This document shows, one piece after another, positions 9,780 to 17,814 of a stretch of DNA of 64,000 bases. The DNA is from Candidatus Kaiserbacteria bacterium CG10_big_fil_rev_8_21_14_0_10_47_16 (GTDB taxonomy: Bacteria > Patescibacteriota > Minisyncoccia > Phycocordibacterales > UBA918): NCBI GenBank assembly GCA_002773395.1, contig PFBI01000006.1, forward strand, positions 12,049 through 76,048, in the 5' to 3' direction. Numbering within the stretch: the first letter of the stretch is position 1; every line of letters starts with the position of its first letter. A program made the position numbers and the translations under genes. The notes below the pieces were generated by a model. That model was not told where the DNA came from. It saw only the letters and a list, made by a program, of their open reading frames with translations, and did no database searches.

Positions 9780-9825
9780 AGGTTTCTGGTGGCGCGATGC
9801 TTTCGCAACGCGCCACCAGTTACCT
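9780..9825 (-). terminator. Long GC-rich hairpin after the three-gene operon
   Basis: CTGGTGGCGCGTTGC-GAAA-GCATCGCGCCACCAG on minus strand followed by ATTTTCTT. Confidence 0.6.
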
Positions 9826-10335
9826 TCAACAGGCATCTCCCTTGCTCGGTTCACACCGACATGGGAGAGGAGCGCCGTAGCGCGCAAAGGACCAATTGCC
9901 ACACACGAGTGGCTTTATGATCCGGTATTGAACACCCGTCTCATCGTTGACGTACCAGACGGCAGCGATGCGGGAAGCCTTGGACTTCCATTTCGACGGC
10001 ATTGCTACCGTTTCCTTGGCGACCCAATGCTTTTTGCGAGTGAAGACCATGGTGCCTACTGGGTCACCGTCACGTAGTTCATACGTGTCGTGACCCTTGG
10101 GATGGTGGGCGACTGCTGCAGATATGCGCGGACGCATATCTGCAGGGATACCCGCCAATTCCATGGCTTGGTCGAGGGTTCCCTTGAAAGGGTTCCCTCC
10201 ACCATTTGTCCAGAGGAAGGTGCCCTTGTCGAGGGTACCTACCCCCGCATGGTCATCTGCGGCAAACGCAAACCTTGGGAGGAATGCAACTGCCGCGATG
10301 CCAGCGAGAAGCTGACGTCGAGTTGGTTGCATCAC
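9826..10335 (-). CDS. Secreted hypothetical protein with twin-arginine-like signal
   Basis: TRRQLL + hydrophobic stretch + AFA; Cys-rich C terminus; start overlaps the upstream stop. Confidence 0.8.
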   Translation of the reverse strand: MMQPTRRQLLAGIAAVAFLPRFAFAADDHAGVGTLDKGTFLWTNGGGNPFKGTLDQAMELAGIPADMRPRISAAVAHHPKGHDTYELRDGDPVGTMVFTRKKHWVAKETVAMPSKWKSKASRIAAVWYVNDETGVQYRIIKPLVCGNWSFARYGAPLPCRCEPSKGDAC

Positions 10336-11258
10336 CTTTCCTTTCCTGCGTTACCGGGAACGATGGCAACAACCAAAACCGGATCTCTCTGGTTTCGGCC
10401 GCCGCCGTTCTTCACGTAGTTGTAGATGCTATCCGTGCACATAACACGTGCCTCGGCAGCCTTCTTCTGGTGCGCGATGATGTCCCAAGGGACTTGCACG
10501 CAGAGCAAGGTTTCGGAATCGATGCGCGAAGCGTCGATCTCGATCACCTCGTGCCCCTGGTTGTTACCCTTGTAGATTACGTCCTTATCCTCGCCGTTTC
10601 GGGTGAGGAAGAGGGTGACAGGTGCATTCACTACGCGAACGTCACCAGTGTTGGTGCCGTCGCGCAGATCAGGGCCGTATTCGTCAGCATTACGGTCGCC
10701 GACAATGCGGTCGACGGTCGGTGTCTGCCGAGGCAAAAATGCCCCTACAAAAGCCGACCCTTCGAGTGAGTTGCGGTCGGAGTTTGCACCGGATGGTACG
10801 AAATCCTGACGATCGTCGCTTTCGTAGTCATCACGGTAGGAGGCCGGACGAATGTCCGAACCCGACCGTCTAACGGCGACTGTGCGGCGTTCAACCTGAA
10901 CGCCGCTACCGGCACCGTAGTAGCCGGACCGCTGCTGACGACCGTAGTTTTGGCCACGGTCATAGCGTCGTTCGGTCACGATGCCGTTTTGGCTGAGAAC
11001 AGCCTGACGACACCATTCACGGGGATTACCCCGCGAGCGGTCACGTCGAGCGCGATACTCACAGTCCTCGATGGCTCGCGCCATCTGGGGAGTGATCTGT
11101 ATCGAGTCACCTTCACGGTGGTAGCCGCCGGATTCAGCACGCATCTCGCGATGCATACCTCCTCCGGAACGAATAGGTTCGTACTCGGAACTCACCTGAG
11201 TACCAGCACACGCCGTGAGCAACAGTGCGCCCACGGCCAGAATCGTTACTTTTAACAT
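10332..11258 (-). CDS. Hypothetical lipoprotein
   Basis: Lipobox LLLTAC, SD AAGGAG, paired cysteines. Confidence 0.8.
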   Translation of the reverse strand: MLKVTILAVGALLLTACAGTQVSSEYEPIRSGGGMHREMRAESGGYHREGDSIQITPQMARAIEDCEYRARRDRSRGNPREWCRQAVLSQNGIVTERRYDRGQNYGRQQRSGYYGAGSGVQVERRTVAVRRSGSDIRPASYRDDYESDDRQDFVPSGANSDRNSLEGSAFVGAFLPRQTPTVDRIVGDRNADEYGPDLRDGTNTGDVRVVNAPVTLFLTRNGEDKDVIYKGNNQGHEVIEIDASRIDSETLLCVQVPWDIIAHQKKAAEARVMCTDSIYNYVKNGGGRNQRDPVLVVAIVPGNAGKER

Positions 11259-11279
11259 GGATCTTCTCCTTGAAGTTGA

Positions 11280-11825
11280 TCAGCGCCGCGGGCGCGGCTG
11301 ATGTTGCTGTTGCGGGCGCGGCTGAGGCCGTCGCTGTTGCTGCCGCCGATATTGAGGCGGTGGCGGTTGGATACGATAGTATTGTTGCTGCCGATACTGT
11401 TGGCCTCCGCCGTAGCGTTGACCATTCCCGTATTGACCGCCACCATAACCTTGTTGACCGTAACCGTACTGACCACCGCCGTAACGACGTTGACCATAAC
11501 CCTGTTGGCCGCCATGGTGGCGACCTTGGGATATTTGTCGGCCAATTCGCATCTTACAATCGTACAAGATGTCATCAAACGCTGGATGAGCATGGTGTGC
11601 GCCCTGCGTTCTTTCGTCAACGCACTGCCACACCATTGCTCTTCCGCCATCTGGATGACCTCGGCCTCGAGATTGGTTGCTGCATCCACCGAGGACGCAA
11701 GCAAACAACCACATACCACGATCGATGAGGTATATTTCTCCTCGATCAAGCTCAGCCTTTGCGGGTTGGGCTACACTCGCCATCGCAATGAAAGCGACGA
11801 CGCAGAACGCAAATAGTCGCTTCAT
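11280..11825 (-). CDS. Secreted protein with Gly/Gln/Tyr-rich low-complexity tail
   Basis: MKR + hydrophobic + AKA signal peptide, SD AAGGAG, GYGQQ/YGGGQ repeats. Confidence 0.8.
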   Translation of the reverse strand: MKRLFAFCVVAFIAMASVAQPAKAELDRGEIYLIDRGMWLFACVLGGCSNQSRGRGHPDGGRAMVWQCVDERTQGAHHAHPAFDDILYDCKMRIGRQISQGRHHGGQQGYGQRRYGGGQYGYGQQGYGGGQYGNGQRYGGGQQYRQQQYYRIQPPPPQYRRQQQRRPQPRPQQQHQPRPRR

Positions 11826-12027
11826 TACTTAGGCTCCTTTTTCCTGTTGAAGCCGTGTCTTGCACGGCATTGTTAAAGTTCACCTCCCGTCGCACAAAAA
11901 ATCATGCGTGGAGCTCTTTGTTTAGAATAATTTTGTATAACACAATACAAAACACACGCTCTATTCTAAAAAAAGAGCTACCTACATGTACATTTTCCCC
12001 ACCACAGAGAACAATTTGATTAGGGTA

Positions 12028-12056
12028 ATTCTACACCAAACTATTGTATATGTCAA
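12028..12056 (-). promoter_or_regulatory. Sigma70-type promoter for the secreted-protein operon
   Basis: TTGACA-N17-TAGAAT on minus strand. Confidence 0.7.
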
Positions 12057-12158
12057 GTATTTGTCTCTCTTTTCTTTCTGTGAGCACTCTTAAAATACAG
12101 CTTAATATAAGCCTATAAATAGTATATTGTTATTGAAAATCTAGACAATCCTGCGGAA

Positions 12159-13127
12159 TTATCGCAAAAGATCCATGATGAGATGATGAACAAGCTCTCT
12201 GTGTGAGGCTCCGACAGCGGTCATTGCCTTCGGGAAAAGTGATTCTTCAGTGAGTCCTGGCAGTGTATTTACTTCGAGAAAATAAATTCCATCATCGGCA
12301 ATCATAAAATCTGATCGAGAGTATTGCGCGAGATCAAGTGTTTCGTGGACGAGTCGTGCAATACGTTCCATCTCTTTCTTTTCGGTATGAGTAAATCGTC
12401 CCGGACACACTTCTTCTGTCTCCCCTGTGTATTTCACATCTGCAGAAAAGAAATCTGATTTTTGTGGTGGAATAATTTCAATTGCAGGAAGTGCGTACAA
12501 CTCTTCACCGCGAAAACGATTGAGTACTCCGCATGTCGCTTCTTTTCCAACAATTCTTTTTTCTACGAGAACTTGATCATAAATATTAAGAGCATCGCTG
12601 AGTGCACTTGCAAGGAGTGTTGGATTTTTTACCATCATGGTTCCAACGGATGATCCTGATGAAATTGGTTTAATAACGTACTCAGGACCAAACATGTCGG
12701 CAATACTTTCGCTCAGTCCATGCAAATTTCGTTTCGAGTCTCGCGTTACTACCATGTGTGGAGGCATCTTGAGTCCAAAATCACGTAAGTGATCCTTGGT
12801 AAGTACTTTATTCATTGCAATGCTTGATGCGTAGGAACGACTTCCAGTGAACGGGACGCCCGCGCGCTCGAGAATACGTTGTAGCTTGCCGTCTTCACCG
12901 AATGCGCCGTGGAGAGCGATAAAGACGGCGTCGACACTTTGGAGGATTTGCTCAGGATATCGTGAGACACCACGATGCAACCACTCACCTGTCTTGGTGA
13001 TGGTTATATCAAGTGGTTCAAAGAGATCTCGGCTAAGCGAGGCCAGTACTGCATCACCAGTTTTCATTGAAACTTCGTATTCTTCACTGGGGCCTCCGCG
13101 GAGTACCGCAACGCGTATCTTACTCAT
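12159..13127 (-). CDS. ddl: D-alanine--D-alanine ligase
   Basis: GGPSEEYEVS, LHGAFGEDG, GSSVG, EVNTLPG. Confidence 0.95.
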   Translation of the reverse strand: MSKIRVAVLRGGPSEEYEVSMKTGDAVLASLSRDLFEPLDITITKTGEWLHRGVSRYPEQILQSVDAVFIALHGAFGEDGKLQRILERAGVPFTGSRSYASSIAMNKVLTKDHLRDFGLKMPPHMVVTRDSKRNLHGLSESIADMFGPEYVIKPISSGSSVGTMMVKNPTLLASALSDALNIYDQVLVEKRIVGKEATCGVLNRFRGEELYALPAIEIIPPQKSDFFSADVKYTGETEEVCPGRFTHTEKKEMERIARLVHETLDLAQYSRSDFMIADDGIYFLEVNTLPGLTEESLFPKAMTAVGASHRELVHHLIMDLLR

Positions 13128-13184
13128 AGCGACATTCTAACACGCCCTTATTCTTTACCTCCCCCATCATGTATAAAACACCAC

Positions 13185-13226
13185 TCTAGGTTAGTCAGAC
13201 TAACCTAGATTAGACTAACCTAGATT
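13185..13226. repeat. Palindrome plus 15-bp tandem duplication
   Basis: TCTAGGTTAGTC-A-GACTAACCTAGA; AGACTAACCTAGATT at 13197 and 13212. Confidence 0.85.
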
Positions 13227-14451
13227 ACGGGAGTTTGCGTTTTGAGCGGTGGTAACCGATGGCGAAGCGGTGTGCCTCGGCGTTTACGAGCAAAATAGCA
13301 TCGTGGTAGGTGTCGATAATAGAACGCGGGCCGATAATACGCTTTGGATTATGTTTTTCATCTTTTACGACGCCGACGACAGGAATGAGTACATCGTATT
13401 TACGAAGAACGTGCTCCGCAGCGTTTTTTTGTGCAGTGCTCCCATCAACTACAATAATACTTGGATACTGCCATTCGGGATGCGCGAGTCTCCGTTCAAG
13501 TACCTCGCGGAGTGCAGCAGGATCATTGGAACCATGTACGGTATTTATTTTAAACTTCCGATATTCTGATTTCTGCGGTTGCAAGCCCTCACTCACTGTC
13601 ATAACGCCCACCATATTCTTGCCACTTAAGTGCGCGACGTCATACCCTTCGATACGTGCAGTCTTCTCATCACGATACACGCGGACGTCATCCTTAATGA
13701 GCGCAACATCCTGAATATGTTGCAGAGCAAATATTTTCCTCTTTACAAGGTTAGCATCTTCAAATTTCTCAGCCTTTGCAAGCGTCTTCATCTCTTTCTC
13801 AAGTTCAGTAATGATTTGTTTCTTCTTTCCTTCAAAGAAAAGCTTGATGTGCCGTATCGTTTTCTGGTATTCCTTCTTGGATTGAACGCTTGGATAGAGT
13901 CCAATTTGGCGGTTAAAATCCACTTTTCCTCGAGCCATCTTGCCCTTCTCTGTCCCTATCGGCTTGTCCGTGTCGTAGAATTGAAATATCTTTCTGACGA
14001 TTTTTAGCGCTTCACGAAAGAGCATTCCACTTGGGAATGGGCCGAAGTGGTATTTAATTTCTTTTTTCGCGAATTCTTGCGTGAGATCCTTTCCTCGTAC
14101 GACGAGTACACGTGGAAACTCTTCATCAGTGATGACAAGATGGTTGAAACTCTTATCGTCTTTTGAAATGGTATTGTATTTTGGCTTATGTGTACGAATG
14201 AGGTTGGTTTCGAGAATAAGTGCTTCAAGTACTGAGTCCGTCACAGTGGCATCAACCGTCTTTGCTTCCTCAACCATTTTTTCAATAATCTCACTCCGCT
14301 TCTCCCGAATATCATGGGTAAAGTAGCTTCGAACGCGGTTTTTTAACGAGGTTGCTTTCCCGATATATAAAATTTCCTTGCGTTTTCCAAGGAAGAAATA
14401 GACACCAGGGGCGTCTAGAAGCTTTTTCTGGGGGATATCCTCTTTTTTCAT
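13225..14451 (-). CDS. uvrC: Short excinuclease ABC subunit C
   Basis: GVY..YIGKA GIY-YIG domain, PKYN, FEDA UVR motif, IEGYD / VVDG / HRFAI RNase H-like domain. Confidence 0.9.
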   Translation of the reverse strand: MKKEDIPQKKLLDAPGVYFFLGKRKEILYIGKATSLKNRVRSYFTHDIREKRSEIIEKMVEEAKTVDATVTDSVLEALILETNLIRTHKPKYNTISKDDKSFNHLVITDEEFPRVLVVRGKDLTQEFAKKEIKYHFGPFPSGMLFREALKIVRKIFQFYDTDKPIGTEKGKMARGKVDFNRQIGLYPSVQSKKEYQKTIRHIKLFFEGKKKQIITELEKEMKTLAKAEKFEDANLVKRKIFALQHIQDVALIKDDVRVYRDEKTARIEGYDVAHLSGKNMVGVMTVSEGLQPQKSEYRKFKINTVHGSNDPAALREVLERRLAHPEWQYPSIIVVDGSTAQKNAAEHVLRKYDVLIPVVGVVKDEKHNPKRIIGPRSIIDTYHDAILLVNAEAHRFAIGYHRSKRKLP

Positions 14452-14519
14452 AGGTTCTATAGAGTATACTAAAACTTTAGAGAAGTCCTTATAGCAATTT
14501 GGTTCGGAGGGAACCCCAC

Positions 14520-14738
14520 ATGGGCACGAAACCTATCGTTCATGCACTCCATTACGCACGTCTTCAGTGTGACGGGAAACCGTGCGACTTTGGGATGAAG
14601 AGTTGTCCAGAATATTGGCGTAACGTCTTCATCTCCCATTTCAACGATACTCCAGTAGGAGACACTGATACAAGGTGGGATCATCTTTTCCAAGTTGGAT
14701 TTCCCGCTCTCCGTCACATGGAAGCACTCGGCATCTAA
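14520..14738 (+). CDS. Small orphan protein inserted antisense between uvrA and uvrC
   Basis: GGAGG upstream of ATG, hairpin right after the stop; 72 aa with 3 Cys. Confidence 0.5.
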   Translation: MGTKPIVHALHYARLQCDGKPCDFGMKSCPEYWRNVFISHFNDTPVGDTDTRWDHLFQVGFPALRHMEALGI

Positions 14739-14749
14739 TCCTCTAGCCC

Positions 14750-14771
14750 AACGGCGCCTCACGGCGCCGTT
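14750..14771. terminator. Hairpin between convergent genes
   Basis: AACGGCGCC-TCAC-GGCGCCGTT. Confidence 0.65.
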
Positions 14772-14773
14772 TC

Positions 14774-17422
14774 CTATTTCTTCCTGAGCATCTTCTTCAG
14801 GTACTGCCCGGTGTATGATTTTTCAGTATTCGCAACTTCTTCAGGAGTTCCCTTTGCTACAATGTTCCCTCCACCAGCTCCGCCCTCAGGACCAACATCG
14901 ATAATGTAGTCGGCACATTTAATAAGATCGAGGTTATGTTCAATTACCATTACGGTATTACCGCGGTTTACGAGTTCTTGCAGAATTTCAATAAGCTTCT
15001 TTACATCCTCATAGTGAAGACCGATGGTCGGCTCATCGAGAAGGTACATGGTCTTTTGTGTATGTGGACGATAGAGTTCTGAAGCAATCTTTACACGTTG
15101 TGCTTCTCCTCCTGAGAGCGTTGTTGCGCTCTGGCCGAGTTGAAGATACCCAAGTCCCACGTTGAGGAGCGAATAGAGACGATCGTAAATTGCCGGCACA
15201 TCAATGAAGAAATCAGCAGCCTCCTCAATGGTCATATGAAGGATCTCGTCGATGTTCTTTTTCTTATAGGTAACCTCAAGTGTTTCCTTGGTAAATCGCT
15301 TTCCATCGCAGACATCACAGGTTACATACACCGTTGGGAGGAAGTGCATTTCTACTGCAATCATTCCGTTCCCTTGGCATGTCTCACAGCGACCGCCCTT
15401 TACGTTGAATGAAAATCGTCCCGGCTTCCACCCACGAGCGCGAGCTTCGCTACTGGCTGCAAAGAGATCACGGATGTGCGTAAATGCTCCTGTGTACGTC
15501 GCAGGGTTACTGCGTGGCGTACGACCGATTGGAGACTGATCAATGAGGATTGTGCGTCCAAGATACTCCGTACCCGTGAATTCTGTTGCGTTGTACGTAT
15601 GTGGCGTACGATACTTTCGCTCCAGCCGTGATTTGAGGTTGCGGTGAAGTATTTCATACATAAAGGTAGATTTCCCAGAACCAGATACTCCGGTGACCGC
15701 AATTAAGCGTCCGAGCGGTATATCAACATTCATGTTTTTAATATTGAATGCCTTCCCACCACGAACTTTGATGGAACCTTTTTCTCCCTCACGTCGTTTT
15801 TCAGGTATTTCAATACGTTTGTCTCCTCGGAGATAATCGAGCGTAATTGATTTCGATGGATTTGTTTTTGCAGAGAGGAGCGGTTCGAGTTCTCCTGCAA
15901 CGACAACTTCCCCGCCGTGCGTCCCTGCACCTGGGCCAATATCAACAATATAGTCTGCAGCAAAAATAGTATCCTCATCATGTTCGACCACAATAATCGT
16001 ATTTCCAAGGTCACGAAGGCCAGTGAGTGTTTTGATGAGCCGGTCGTTGTCTCGTTGGTGAAGACCGATGGTCGGCTCATCGAGAACGTAGAGCGCTCCT
16101 ACAAGACCTGACCCAAGCTGTGAGGCGAGGCGAATACGCTGTGCTTCTCCTCCTGAGAGTGTGTTGGCACGTCGATCGAGTGTAAGGTACTCAATACCCA
16201 CATCAATCATGAACTGCAGACGTTCAATAATTTCGCGAAGTGCTGGCCACGCGATTTCCTGATCTTTCTTAGAGAGCTTGAGGTTTACAATAAAATCAGC
16301 AGCGTCCTTCACGGTCATTGAGGTGAGGTCGACGATGTTTTTCCCAAGGTCGTTTCCACTTCCACCGAGATACACGCGGAGTGCTTCTTTACGGAGGCGA
16401 GCGCCATGACATTCAGGACATTCGTCACTTTGGAAGATACCCGTAACACCGAGACCATTACATTCAGGACAGGCGCCGTATGGAGAGTTGAATGAGAAAA
16501 GGCGTGGTTCAACTTCAGGGAATGATGATCCGTCTGCTGGACAGATGAACTTTGCAGAAAGCGTACGTTCGCTGCCATCGGGATTTTCGATTTTAATCAA
16601 ACCGTTTGATTCCTTGAGCGCAAGTTCGACTGCTTCTGAAAGTCGCTCGCGGGAACCCTTTGGGTCGTCTCTGAATTCGCTCACATAGATTTCATCGACG
16701 AGGAGATCGATATCATGTCGCTTTGTTTTCGTGAGTGCTATTTTTTCTCGAAGACTCTTTATCTCACCATCGATTTTGACGGTCTCATACCCTTTTCCAA
16801 GAAGGTCGTAGAGCATCTGGTAGTACTCTCCCTTTCGCCCAACGACGAGTGGTGAGAAGATCGCGACTCGTGCAGATGAGATAGGGACTCCGAGCACGTC
16901 CTTACTTCCCTTTGCGTTTTTAATCTCCTTCCCTTCGATTGACTTGAGAACGATCCCGAGGATTTCATCCTGAGAGAGCTTTTCGATTTTTATATCGACA
17001 TCAAGACAATATGGTTGCCCGATACGTGCGTAGAGGATACGAAGGTAATCGTATATTTCAGTAATGGTCGCGACGGTTGAGCGTGGATTTCGTGATGCAG
17101 ATTTTTGATCAATTGAAATGGCTGGAGAGAGACCCGAGATTTCATCAACATCAGGCTTTTGCATTTGCTTGAGGAATTGCCTCGCATACGCAGAAAGAGA
17201 CTCAACGTAGCGGCGCTGTCCTTCGGCAAAAATAGTATCAAACGCGAGTGATGACTTCCCTGACCCTGAGAGACCAGTAAATACCACCATTTTATTGCGT
17301 GGCATTTCGACATCTACATTCTTAAGGTTGTGCGTGCGAGCACCCTTAACAATGATCTTATCCTCTTTATTTCCAACGTTTGTTTTTGTAGTTTTCTTTT
17401 TTTCAGCCATTTTATGAGCCAT
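14774..17422 (-). CDS. uvrA: Excinuclease ABC subunit A (alternative start 17410)
   Basis: GLSGSGKSS, two LSGGEAQR signatures, [22 protein letters not shown]. Confidence 0.98.
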   Translation of the reverse strand: MAHKMAEKKKTTKTNVGNKEDKIIVKGARTHNLKNVDVEMPRNKMVVFTGLSGSGKSSLAFDTIFAEGQRRYVESLSAYARQFLKQMQKPDVDEISGLSPAISIDQKSASRNPRSTVATITEIYDYLRILYARIGQPYCLDVDIKIEKLSQDEILGIVLKSIEGKEIKNAKGSKDVLGVPISSARVAIFSPLVVGRKGEYYQMLYDLLGKGYETVKIDGEIKSLREKIALTKTKRHDIDLLVDEIYVSEFRDDPKGSRERLSEAVELALKESNGLIKIENPDGSERTLSAKFICPADGSSFPEVEPRLFSFNSPYGACPECNGLGVTGIFQSDECPECHGARLRKEALRVYLGGSGNDLGKNIVDLTSMTVKDAADFIVNLKLSKKDQEIAWPALREIIERLQFMIDVGIEYLTLDRRANTLSGGEAQRIRLASQLGSGLVGALYVLDEPTIGLHQRDNDRLIKTLTGLRDLGNTIIVVEHDEDTIFAADYIVDIGPGAGTHGGEVVVAGELEPLLSAKTNPSKSITLDYLRGDKRIEIPEKRREGEKGSIKVRGGKAFNIKNMNVDIPLGRLIAVTGVSGSGKSTFMYEILHRNLKSRLERKYRTPHTYNATEFTGTEYLGRTILIDQSPIGRTPRSNPATYTGAFTHIRDLFAASSEARARGWKPGRFSFNVKGGRCETCQGNGMIAVEMHFLPTVYVTCDVCDGKRFTKETLEVTYKKKNIDEILHMTIEEAADFFIDVPAIYDRLYSLLNVGLGYLQLGQSATTLSGGEAQRVKIASELYRPHTQKTMYLLDEPTIGLHYEDVKKLIEILQELVNRGNTVMVIEHNLDLIKCADYIIDVGPEGGAGGGNIVAKGTPEEVANTEKSYTGQYLKKMLRKK

Positions 17423-17519
17423 TACCCTCCATATACGCAATCCCCGGTGCATGTTGGCACCGGTTCAGTAGTAGTTCTATTATACGCACATCCTCAAACT
17501 TCTCAAATAAAATTAAAGA

Positions 17520-17546
17520 GACCCCGGATCAGTCTGATCCGGGGTC
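17520..17546 (-). terminator. Intrinsic terminator-like hairpin
   Basis: GACCCCGGATCAG-T-CTGATCCGGGGTC with T-rich tail on minus strand. Confidence 0.75.
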
Positions 17547-17547
17547 G

Positions 17548-17795
17548 ACGACGGTTTTTACCATTGAGACACAACCGTCCAATGTTCTCAGTGGCAAGAT
17601 CTCGAGTACAAGCTGGGGGCTCGATCCTTATGTTCCCAGCAGCGCACCCCTTCCCGCGAAGTGCTACGGCGATCGCTAAAGGGATCTAAGACAGGGCCGT
17701 ATTCTCTCATGCCTTTGCGTCGTAAAGCCGAGATGTCCGCGCTGTGCGGATTGCCGACTCCTCACGGCAGCCTCCTGTGCGGTAAACGTACCCTA
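17548..17795. ncRNA. Candidate structured RNA between uvrA and uvrB
   Basis: GC-rich, no convincing long ORF, consecutive stems and two H-type pseudoknot arrangements. Confidence 0.35.
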
Positions 17796-17814
17796 TTTAC
17801 AGAAATACGCAACT

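Noticed and set aside
9674-9829. N-terminal extension of the adhesin in the ORF track
   Set aside because: Runs through a terminator-like hairpin; the signal sequence starts at 9673.
11225-11816. Several overlapping 165-171 aa ORFs
   Set aside because: GC-rich low-complexity shadows; only 11280-11825 has an SD and signal peptide.
14740-14775. Integron attC sites after orphan genes (also 59137, 59631)
   Set aside because: Hairpins lack paired RYYYAAC/GTTRRRY cores and look like terminators; no integron integrase.
17548-17795. tmRNA or RNase P RNA
   Set aside because: No tRNA-like ends, tag frame or GAGGAAAGUCC core found.
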